Assembly (NCBI RefSeq): GCF_000829235.1
Contig: NZ_AP012549.1
Coordinates: 540,001-572,000, forward strand
Length of the DNA: 32,000 bases
DNA from: a cyanobacterium endosymbiont of Epithemia turgida isolate EtSB Lake Yunoko
Lineage (GTDB): Bacteria > Cyanobacteriota > Cyanobacteriia > Cyanobacteriales > Microcystaceae
Reading direction: 5' to 3'
How positions within the stretch are numbered: position 1 is the first letter of the stretch; each line of letters starts with the position of its first letter. Below, piece after piece: positions 19,673 to 28,987 of this stretch. A program made the translations under genes and the position numbers. The notes beneath the pieces were generated by a model, which ran no database searches, had not been told where the DNA came from, and saw nothing but the letters and a program-made list of their open reading frames with translations.

Positions 19673-19713
19673 AAAAATATGACTTGTAAAAAATTTTTAC
19701 AAGTCATATTTTT
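19673..19713. repeat. Perfect palindrome with 20-bp arms around one central base
   Basis: aaaaatatgacttgtaaaaa (19673-19692), a, tttttacaagtcatattttt (19694-19713). All 20 pairs were verified, including g81/c05, c83/g03 and g86/c00. It lies about 350 nt downstream of the pmbA stop. Confidence 0.92.
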
Positions 19714-21147
19714 TACTTTAAATGGGTTCTAGTATAGTCTAATAGTTAGCCAAATATATTCTTAATATAAAGAATAAAACGTATATGTATATGTGATACT
19801 AGACGATCTAGACTCTGATGAATATAATTGAAAACGCGAATATATGAGCAACTATTTCAATGTATAAAATTCTCTGTCTATAATCTTTGAACTAAATCTT
19901 TGAGTATTATTTATCTCCTTTATTTATATTATTAATTATCTTATTAAAGAATTTTTTAATAATCTTTATTTTAAATCTTTCAGGATATGTTATTTTTAAA
20001 CTTTAAAAACTGAACTCTTCTGTATATGTCTTTAAAATTGATAACGTATCATTTAACAACATTCTCTATTAAAATAAATATTTTTTTGACTAAGCAAATT
20101 ATCTTATAGTTAATTCATTATTTTGATAACATTTGCAGGTTTTCGAGCCATAATAGATATTAAGTTGTTGTTAAGTCTATTTTTTTTTATCAATTAAACG
20201 ATAAGATCTGATGATGGATAATAATGAGTTCTTCTAAATTTCAAATCTTATTCATTAGCTTAAATTTAGTATTTGATGTCATAGGTATAAATTAAGTCTG
20301 GTTATTGAGTTTATCATAATTTGATTCAGACAGAAAACATGCGATAATACTGTCTATATAATAATAGTGACTTTTGATAAGCCTATGATCAATAATCCAA
20401 CCTGGTATTTATTTGTTAAATTTTTTCATAACAATTTTGATATAACTATGAAAATCTCATGCTCAATTATCATTAAAAAGTAAAATTTATAGTTCTTGGC
20501 TTGTGCTGTATCCTTTAAAAAAATTCTTAAGTTTAAATCTTTGATTTTAATTGCTCGATAGAAGGCTCCAAATATAATTGATAAATCTGTTTAGTTCATT
20601 AAAAATCTTATACGCATACCTGTATTTTTGATACTCAAATGTCAAAAATTATATTCTGTCTTTCCAACTGGATTATTAATCTGCTAAATATTTCTATATG
20701 TTTCTAATCTTTACCAAATTGCTGTATAAATTTTGCCATAAAAATTTTAATAATTTAAACTAATAATCATTGATTTTCAATATTTATTGAATTCATCTAA
20801 ATACTCCTAAACACTTTTATTATATCAATAAATTTCTAAAATATATTCTCTTGATTGAGTATTAGTCATAGTACTGAAATTAATTTTATTTATTATCATA
20901 TTTCCTTATTTAGTATATTTTTGGATACCAGATATTCATCATATTCAAGCAAAACCTAAAATATATAGATTTTGAGTCTACTGACTAATACAAACTAAAT
21001 AAACTGCTTGAAACATTATAAATGTTAACTGACAGATAATACGATGTTAACTTTCTAATTATCTCCTGATAGGTATCTTAGCTATTTTTTACTTAATTAT
21101 TTTTTCAAACGTTTTGAAAACTAATAAAAGTACACTGTTTTCAGTAT

Positions 21148-22233
21148 TTACCTTAAATCAGGAAAAACATCTAAAATAGCTGGATGTACTACACGACTTT
21201 CTTTAACATTTAAGCCTTTCCCTAAAGCAACATCTTCCTCCAATACATCTAAACTATGATCAGCTAATTTCATCACATATGGCAAGGTACTATGGTTGAG
21301 GGCTTGAGTAGCTGTCCAAGGAACTGCCCCTGGCATATTAGGAACTCCAAAATGAATGACTCCTTCTTCAAGGTAGGTCGGGTTAGTATGGGATGTAGTT
21401 CGTGAAGTTTCAATACAACCTCCCTGATCCACCGCTACATCAATAATGACTGAACCTGGATTCATTTTGCCTACTAATCCTCGTGAAACTAAAATGGGAG
21501 CGCGTTTTCCTAAAAGTAACACTGCTCCGATTAATAAATCTGCTTTGGGAATAGTCGACTCAATGTTATATGTATTGCTGTGAAGTAATTCAACCCTCGA
21601 TCCGAAAAGAGTTTCTAAGTAAAATAATCGGTCAACATTAATATCCAGAATCTGTACTTGTGCACCCATTCCTACAGCAATTTTAGCTGCTTCAGTTCCG
21701 ACGATACCACCCCCTAGAATAGTAACACGACCTGAACGCACTCCAGGAATTCCGCCTAACAGAACTCCTCGTCCCCCTTGTTTTTTCTCTAGGTATCTTG
21801 CCCCAAATTGTACCGCTAACCTCCCAGCAATAACACTCATAGGGGTTAATAGGGGAAGTTTTCCATTAGGTAATTCTACAGTTTCATAAGCGATAGCGGT
21901 AATTCCTGAGTTTATCAATGCTTCAGTTAGATAACGATTAGCCGCTAGGTGAAGATAAGTAAATAATAACTGGGGTTTGTCTAAATAAGGATATTCGTCA
22001 AGTAGAGGTTCTTTAACCTTGACCACTAATTCTCTGTCCCAAGCATTGATTGCGGTAGGAACGATATTTGCTCCTGCTTTTTGATAGTCAATATCGGAAA
22101 ATCCTGCACCAATTCCTGCATTAGTTTCGACAAAGACAAGATGACCACGATCATGCAATATCCTAACACTGCTAGGACTCAACCCGACACGAAATTCTTG
22201 GTCTTTAATTTCCTTAGGAACGCCTATCTCCAT
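21148..22233 (-). CDS. ald: Alanine dehydrogenase
   Basis: 361 aa with the characteristic N-terminus MEIGVPKEIKDQEFRVGLSP and the Rossmann motif VTILGGGIVGTEAAKIAVGMGAQVQILD. Confidence 0.9.
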   Translation of the reverse strand: MEIGVPKEIKDQEFRVGLSPSSVRILHDRGHLVFVETNAGIGAGFSDIDYQKAGANIVPTAINAWDRELVVKVKEPLLDEYPYLDKPQLLFTYLHLAANRYLTEALINSGITAIAYETVELPNGKLPLLTPMSVIAGRLAVQFGARYLEKKQGGRGVLLGGIPGVRSGRVTILGGGIVGTEAAKIAVGMGAQVQILDINVDRLFYLETLFGSRVELLHSNTYNIESTIPKADLLIGAVLLLGKRAPILVSRGLVGKMNPGSVIIDVAVDQGGCIETSRTTSHTNPTYLEEGVIHFGVPNMPGAVPWTATQALNHSTLPYVMKLADHSLDVLEEDVALGKGLNVKESRVVHPAILDVFPDLR

Positions 22234-22350
22234 TTGTGTCCTTATTTTAATGAATGTTCTTTATCATAACGTAACGAGAATTAAAGCTGATGGGGTCATT
22301 CATGGAAGTAATCATTACTGAGGCTAAGTTCTCTGGTGTCATCAGATCGC

Positions 22351-22380
22351 ACTCGATAGCCTTGACAAAAGCTATCGAGT
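22351..22380. promoter_or_regulatory. 10-bp perfect inverted repeat with a 10-bp spacer, upstream of ald
   Basis: actcgatagc (22351-22360), cttgacaaaa, gctatcgagt (22371-22380). It is G/C-containing (5 G-C pairs), and the spacer contains TTGACA. It lies 118-147 nt upstream of the ald start codon. Confidence 0.4.
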
Positions 22381-22762
22381 ACACATAAAAATTGAAACAT
22401 CTAAGCTGATTTTAGGATACTTTAAATATTCTGTCTTATCGTCAGAAAATTTAACATATTTTATAGCTTATTCTGGTATGTTTTTAGTATTTGCTAAAAA
22501 TCTATTGATAATTTTTTAGTCTTCGATTATTGAATCATAGATATTACGCTATTACTTTTACAAATTCTTTCATATATTGTTATGCTTTTTGATCAGGTGT
22601 TTTAGTTATGGTTAAAAAAATCATGTATTTTTTTCTATATTTACCTTTCAATAAATAATAAAATTAATAATACAAATTAAGAAAAAATTATTTTTTCATA
22701 AATTATATAAAATTTGTGTTGTAACTAAAGCCGTTATTTTTTTTATTCAAGTTGTTCTTTCT

Positions 22763-23230
22763 ATGAAACTCAATTTACAAAAAATAGCAACTTTATTAGT
22801 AATATTTACGATAACTATTCCCCGTCATATCCTAGCTCAGGATCTACCGGCTGAAACTTATCAGCCTGGCTACTGGCAGCCTGTGGATAGATTTGATGTT
22901 AAACGTTCGGTGGAAGTTTTATTAATTAACAAAACAGAAATACCATTGGAATATGATATAACTGATCTAAAATCAACTAATCCGCAAGCTCTTAAGGCTG
23001 GAGAAAGGGGAACTTTAAAAAATTTTGGTAACTCCGTTTATATTGTTGTTTATCCAACCATTTCTATAGATTATGACAATCTCTTAACCCTTAGATTTAA
23101 TGTAAAAGTAGAGAAAGATAATACAATTATCGTCACTATTAAAAATGCCCCAATCAGTACAAAAACTCCAAATTTTTTAGGACATCGAGCCATTAACTTA
23201 CAAGAAAATGGGGGAATTTATTTATATTAA
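22763..23230 (+). CDS. Hypothetical secreted protein (signal peptide)
   Basis: 155-aa ORF of normal composition flanked by decayed spacers. The N-terminus MKLNLQKIATLLVIFTITIPRHILAQD looks like a Sec signal peptide. I recognise no family. Confidence 0.6.
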   Translation: MKLNLQKIATLLVIFTITIPRHILAQDLPAETYQPGYWQPVDRFDVKRSVEVLLINKTEIPLEYDITDLKSTNPQALKAGERGTLKNFGNSVYIVVYPTISIDYDNLLTLRFNVKVEKDNTIIVTIKNAPISTKTPNFLGHRAINLQENGGIYLY

Positions 23231-24598
23231 ACTTTATTGATTCTAGATATTTTAGACTGACAATACTAAATTAATAGCTGACAAATTCTAACCCCTTATT
23301 CTGAACGGTATTCTGTAACTACATAAACTTAGTTTTTGTAAAACTTAAATTTATGTAGTATTAGAAATATTGCAAAGTAAAATTTTCGGATTATTTTACT
23401 ATAATCTTATGACAGATAGTCCAGAAAGACGTCAATTATCTAGATTTCTAAGTCTTGTAAAAACCAGGAGAAATAACACTTAATAAAATTAAACTAGACG
23501 AAAAATCACGATTTAAGTTTTTAGCATTTTATGGATACTTAACTCGCTATGATGATTAATCTCATCATGGACCATTGTTAATATTTAAACTAATTCATAA
23601 TTAAGAAAATTAGGTATAGAAATCGGTTCCGATCAATAATTTATACTTTCCAGATCCATAATGGGTATAGTTTTTTATTTAAATAAGTATTATTTCATTA
23701 GATTTGAAAATAAGTATGATACAAATTATTTATCCACTAATAGTATAAAATAAGGGTAAAATCACAACCATAATTACAATAATTATTCTGTATTTAAATC
23801 GTTGATTATTAGTATATTATAATATATATTACAAGTAATTATTACAGTGAAGATATAGATTTTTTAAGTAATTATTTATTTTGAATTTCAATTTTAATAG
23901 TGCTATTGAAACTAAGACTAAGTTTTACTGCGACTATAAAATTACGGACTATAAGCACTTTTATTAAGAGATATGATAATTTTCTAATAATTTTTCTTGT
24001 TACACTACTTTGAAAGAAATTGAGGTTGATTTTTACTCCAATAGATAATTATAAATATTTTCTGTTCTTAGCTAAATCTTAGGATAGACAAAAAAGGTTC
24101 TTTTGGGTTTAAGTAAGATAAATTATCTAATCCAACAGCTTCTAACGTTTCTAAATCTAGACTATGGAGAAAACTTTCTTTCTATTTAAAGGACTAATAA
24201 CTTAGCTTGAAAAGCTAAAATCTCAATTTAGATTAGATTTTCAATTTTTTAAAAAAGTTTAAAAAATTGCTCTGAAATAATCAGACCACAATTAGGGTAT
24301 AAAAATTGCTGAACTGGAATTTTTTGTTGATATATTTTAGTTTAAGTCTAATAAAATAGATCGTTGTTACACTTTGATAGTTAGCGTTAATTGCTGAAAT
24401 AGTACTATTTTAGTAGACTATTATCCAACCATTTTTACTCCTTATTGTAGTCTTACTGGTACATGACAATAGAGTATTTCTTTGAGTCTAATGGTGGAGT
24501 TTTTGTCTAATGGAATAGGCAAAAATAGCAGAAAGTATTTTTATACTAATTGAGTGCTTATTGGGTATTTTGGTGATTGATTTTAACTAAAATAGTAA

Positions 24599-24626
24599 TA
24601 ATTTAATAATTTAAATTATTAAATTA
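24599..24626. repeat. 28-bp perfect spacerless palindrome (pure A/T)
   Basis: taatttaataattt|aaattattaaatta, with 14-bp arms verified from the centre at 24612/24613. Confidence 0.85.
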
Positions 24627-24666
24627 ATATCGTTAATATTATTATTTAAATAATATTAACGATATT
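24626..24666. repeat. 18-bp perfect stem with a 5-nt loop, followed by a T run
   Basis: aatatcgttaatattatt (24626-24643), attta, aataatattaacgatatt (24649-24666), then ttt. The cg/cg pair at 24631-32 / 24660-61 is compensated. It directly abuts the 28-bp palindrome. Confidence 0.92.
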
Positions 24667-25745
24667 TTTAGCTTCTATTTATTTTCTGTAAAAAATTTAA
24701 TATTTTAGGCTTCAATTTTAAAAAAATATTAATAATTTAAATAAAGTTACAGTTACAAGTTGTATGATAATACTCACCCAATACCTGAGATATAAAAAGT
24801 AAAAATAATAGCTAAATTGATAGCAACGATAGTATAAACTTGAATTTTGACTTCAGAACGGTAAAAAAAAATATACTATAATTTTCGATTTTTTTATATT
24901 TTTAGCCATTTTAATACAGACTAACTTATTATACAAGTTTAATTTTACCTATAAAAAATTACTTTCAAATAATTACTTTACCAGTATACCTTTCTTGGCT
25001 TTAAAGTAAAGAATTTAGTTCTATTAGAGAAATAAAGTGGTAATTTAAAAATACAAATAATTAACTTTAATTATTTATTTATCTTTAAAAATTATGTATT
25101 TACCTCAATTTTTTAAAAATTGATTTTGATTTATAAATTTATCTCTAATTTTAAAAAATTAGTTAAGCAGTTTTGAATTATACAATACCAACATAACTAA
25201 GGTTTATCGTCTTTATTTCCAGTCCTAGTATTGACGATATAACTATTATCAATATTATTTGATAAATAAAATAAAAGTATTTAAATAGTATGTATACTAT
25301 AGAAAAATGAGTATTTTTTTATGTTATACATACTACTGATAAAGTTAACTTAAGCCTGTTAAGATTTGTATATTGTCTTAATTTTAAATTATTACCTTAT
25401 TCCAGCTATAACCAGCTATTTTATCTAAATTTTGTCAATTTAAATACTCTCTAAGTAAGATGGTTAATGCTATAGCTAGATTTGTACACAATCACTTTAG
25501 TTTACTAATAGAAATAACAAGGGCTAGTAATTCCTACTATAATGGATTTTTATTGGTTGTATCATCTGTTATTTTTAACAGTCCAAAGTTGGTTTTATGA
25601 ATTCATTAAAAACCTAGAAAAAAATACATAATTAAAGAATAAATAACCCGTTATTTCAAAGTTTTATTAGTAAATTTTACTGAACTGTATAACCATTTTA
25701 TAACTTAAGAACAAGTAACTGATAAATACTCAACTATACTCTTAG

Positions 25746-26774
25746 TTATGGTTTGTCTTGCCAGAGATCTAAAATATCTGCCACTAATATTTCCTTAAGC
25801 CAAACTTTACTAACTACTGCTAGAGGCAAAGCAAGAAAAAATCCTAAGATACCAAAAATAATTGTAAAAAATAGTTGAGATAATAGAATAAATGCTGGGA
25901 GCAAAGATGTTTTTTTACGTATAACTAAGGAGTCTAAAAAATGAATTTGTATTTGGTGTATTGAAATATACAAAATAATAACAATAATCGATTTCCAGGG
26001 ACTTTCTAAAAGAGCAATAGCCACAGGAGGAACAACACTTAATACGAATCCTATATTAGGGATAAAAGCAAGACTTCCGGCCAACATAGCTTGAGATAAT
26101 GCTAAGGGAATTCCTAATATTAATAATCCCAGAAAACTTAATAAGGCGATTACTAAAATATCAAATAGAACACAAATCAACCATCCTTGTAATGCTTCAT
26201 CGCATTGACATAAAATATTGTCAATTTTCTTTCTATAAAATGATGGAAACAACCGAATAAATCCCTGACGGTAAGGTTTAGGATTAGTCAATAACATCAG
26301 GGTTAGTGCTAACAATAAAAGTAAACTTAGGGGAATAGCAAGAGTATTGTAAAATACAGATAAGCCTTGTCCAGCAATTTGATTAACTAAAGGTCGCAAT
26401 TGTTGAGTTAATTCTTGTGTATTAGGAAAATCAATAATCCATTCTGGATCAAGTTTAGAAATAAATTTTCTGAGGCTTATAATTAATTGTTCAATACCTT
26501 GAGAAACTAATTTAATTAACTCTGGAAATTGATTAGTAAAAGGAGGAACAATCACCCAAAAAAAACCAGCTATAGTAGCTAGTAATATCCCAGTAGAAAG
26601 GAACACTCCATAGCTTCTTCTGATGCCTTTGTCTTGAAACCATTTAACTAAATGGTTCAATCCATTAGCAATCACAACAGCTGCTAAAAACAACGACAAC
26701 AGTTGGCGTATTTGCCATAAAATATGAAGACTAACAGCTATAACTATAAATCCAAGCCATTGAGAAAAATTCAT
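25746..26774 (-). CDS. AI-2E family transporter (PerM/UPF0118 permease)
   Basis: 342-aa polytopic membrane protein. The overall pattern (N-terminal TM pair, central loop, C-terminal cluster of TM helices with ..GIPLALSQAMLAGSLAFIPNIG..) fits AI-2E/PerM. Confidence 0.8.
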   Translation of the reverse strand: MNFSQWLGFIVIAVSLHILWQIRQLLSLFLAAVVIANGLNHLVKWFQDKGIRRSYGVFLSTGILLATIAGFFWVIVPPFTNQFPELIKLVSQGIEQLIISLRKFISKLDPEWIIDFPNTQELTQQLRPLVNQIAGQGLSVFYNTLAIPLSLLLLLALTLMLLTNPKPYRQGFIRLFPSFYRKKIDNILCQCDEALQGWLICVLFDILVIALLSFLGLLILGIPLALSQAMLAGSLAFIPNIGFVLSVVPPVAIALLESPWKSIIVIILYISIHQIQIHFLDSLVIRKKTSLLPAFILLSQLFFTIIFGILGFFLALPLAVVSKVWLKEILVADILDLWQDKP

Positions 26775-26806
26775 CTGATTGAATCCTTATAAGGATCGAT
26801 TGAAAG

Positions 26807-26995
26807 TTAATTTCTTAGTCTCAATACTAGAGCATAAATCATCAACAGAGGAAGAATGACAATTACCATAATTGCACTGAATAAAGTGGAGGTAATCGCC
26901 ACGTGTTCTTCTCTATATTTAATGACAATCAAAAGAACAATACAAAGTTCCAAAACTTTTACTATAAAGCTAATTTGATGATCAATGATGTCCAT
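26807..26995 (-). CDS. Small hydrophobic ORF (2 predicted TM), uncertain
   Basis: 62-aa track ORF that ends 32 nt upstream of the permease on the same strand. No recognisable family. In A+T-rich DNA an ORF like this can arise by chance or be a gene fragment. Confidence 0.3.
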   Translation of the reverse strand: MDIIDHQISFIVKVLELCIVLLIVIKYREEHVAITSTLFSAIMVIVILPLLMIYALVLRLRN

Positions 26996-27758
26996 ATTTT
27001 TGTCTACATTAGTTAAATTTTACTAAAATCCAATCTCTATTATTTTTTTCTTTAATAGTCTCTTGTCTCAAATCAAAGGATACTAATAATTTTTACTGAA
27101 ATATATAAGTATAAGTTTAATGACTAATCATCAATATAGTCAAGATCTAAATGAGCAGCATTCTTAAAATATTCGATACTTAAAAGTAAAGATAAAGATA
27201 GAATATTTTGTTATCCCTGGAGAAAATTTCATTAATTATAAACATTGCTAACAGCTGTAACCCGACAATAGGTATAAGTTGATAAAATTCTCCATAAAAA
27301 AATAAAGCAATAGTTACAAACACGTAAAATAAACTAAACATTATTAGTTAAGTATAACAAAGTAACGCAGATAGAATGTAAGAATAAAATTGATCTCAAT
27401 AATGAGTAATTAACTAAACTACCACTGGAGGTATTAGATCACTTAGGAGTAAGATTAAAATTCGATACTTATATTTATTAGCTGGATTTAATTAGCGTTT
27501 ATAATGGAGGGTGTAAATGTAAGTTTACTATTGATGAGTATAAAGCTTAATACTTTTCATAATCACTAATAAAAATATCTATTTTGAGTTGTCCCAATCT
27601 CGTTTTTTATGGGAGATAATATAAAGATTTACAAAAGTGACTCTTCAATAAATTGGAAATTGTAGATTAGAGGTTTAGAAATTTAATCTAACCCCTACAA
27701 TGAGATACTGGATGCTATGACAAGGTTAGTTTCAATTATTGATAACTGTTGTTTAGAA

Positions 27759-27831
27759 TGGAGAATAGGGGAGTCGAACCCCTGACCTCTGCGGTGCGAT
27801 CGCAGCACTCTACCAACTGAGCTAATTCCCC
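27759..27831 (-). tRNA. tRNA-Ala (anticodon CGC)
   Basis: The reverse complement GGGGAATTAGCTCAGTTGGTAGAGTGCTGCGATCGCACCGCAGAGGTCAGGGGTTCGACTCCCCTATTCTCCA folds as a 73-nt cloverleaf. It has a 7-bp acceptor stem with the G3:U70 Ala identity pair, a D arm GCTC/GAGT and an anticodon stem CTGCG/CGCAG. The anticodon loop is AT-CGC-AC and the T arm is AGGGG-TTCGACT-CCCCT. CCA is not encoded. Confidence 0.95.
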
Positions 27832-27864
27832 ATAAGGTTTTATAACCTATAATCATAACATTGA

Positions 27865-28158
27865 ATGCTCGTATTTGTTATATTCTGTAATTTTCTGCTA
27901 ACAATTCTTGATTTTTATGTTGCTTTCCGTCTCTGGAAAATTTACTGTTTCCTTGCTAAGGTGACTCAAATCTCAACAAGGATTGAACAACATACCAACT
28001 ATATTTTTAAGCAGGTCTCTGTGGTGATTATGGGCAGACAATTACAAACTTATCAAGCCAGAGAACTATATCAAGAACTAATTTGTAAAATTAAAAAAAT
28101 ACAACAAAATATACAGTTGATCAGTATCGTATTTTCCTTTTGTAAACGTTATTTTTGA
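27865..28158 (+). CDS. Hypothetical small protein with an N-terminal hydrophobic segment
   Basis: 97-aa track ORF whose composition is intermediate between genes and spacers. No motif recognised. Confidence 0.35.
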   Translation: MLVFVIFCNFLLTILDFYVAFRLWKIYCFLAKVTQISTRIEQHTNYIFKQVSVVIMGRQLQTYQARELYQELICKIKKIQQNIQLISIVFSFCKRYF

Positions 28159-28549
28159 ATAGTAATGGAAGAAATACTACTATTCATATAGTTTAGTTAT
28201 TTAGTTAAATCTTGAACCGGTAAATTGATTTATAATTTATCCATTAAGCAGTTTTGATAGATTGACTTAGACTCTCCATAGTACGATGTCAACATTCCTA
28301 ATTTTTTTTAGAAAAAAAAGTAATTATTGAATTTTAATATTATTAAATAATATAAAACAAATTGATTATAGCTAATAAATTAGTTAAAGGTTTTAAATCC
28401 AATAAAAAAGTTAAGCTAATTAATCCAAAAATCTGAATTTTTTTTTAAAAAACCCTAAAAATAAAAAAAAAGCAACCATAATCGTTAATATATTTTCTAA
28501 ATAAAAAAATTAAAAAATAGATTAATAGATGCTGTTTTTAAAACAAAAT

Positions 28550-28599
28550 AAATAAAATATACCTAAACAATAATTATATTGTTTAGGTATATTTTATTT
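28550..28599. repeat. 23-bp perfect stem with a 4-nt loop
   Basis: aaataaaatatacctaaacaata (28550-28572), atta, tattgtttaggtatattttattt (28577-28599). All 23 pairs were verified, including cc/gg (28562-63 / 28586-87) and c28568/g28581. Confidence 0.93.
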
Positions 28600-28933
28600 T
28601 GTAAATCTTAATTTCAGGGGATGTAATTGCCGTAATTATTGTATAATTTACTGATGTTAGTTGGTTATTTGTTACTTACCACCTTATCTTAGTCTACTAA
28701 AGATTAGTGTAAATTAGATTAACACAATGATTTTTATTCCAATTAAATTACTTAGTTTTTTGTCGTTATATAAATTCCATAGATCCACGATCTAACAACT
28801 TAATTCTACCCAATCAATTATTTTATAAGAAAAATTTAGTTTATTTATATTTATCTTCGACAAAAATGAGGAAGAAGTATAAGTAGAATCCAAACTATGG
28901 ATAGTTATTGTCTTTACTTATTTTATATACGGT

Positions 28934-28987
28934 TTAAATCAATAATTTAAGTTTTATTAATTAATAAAACTTAAATTATTGATTTAA
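28934..28987. repeat. 54-bp perfect spacerless palindrome (27-bp arms)
   Basis: ttaaatcaataatttaagttttattaa|ttaataaaacttaaattattgatttaa, centred at 28960/28961. All 27 pairs were verified, including c28940/g28981 and g28951/c28970. The first mismatch is t28933/c28988. Confidence 0.95.

Noticed and set aside
22081-22269. 62-aa plus-strand ORF
   Set aside because: It is antisense across the 5' end of ald and has no independent support.
9584-22762. Canonical NtcA (GTA-N8-TAC) and CRP (TGTGA-N6-TCACA) sites in the promoter regions of desA/crp, ilvE and ald
   Set aside because: Each TGTGA and GTA...TAC occurrence I noticed by eye had the wrong spacing or lacked the second half-site (for example GTA-N5-TAC at 22305-22315 and GTA-N13-TAC near 12402-12420). 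No site meets the consensus.
27832-27864. Possible promoter for tRNA-Ala (TATAAA about 8 nt upstream of the mature 5' end on the minus strand)
   Set aside because: The -10-like hexamer is plausible, but no convincing -35 lies at 16-18 bp spacing, and TATAAA-like strings are ubiquitous in this composition. The support is too weak to annotate.
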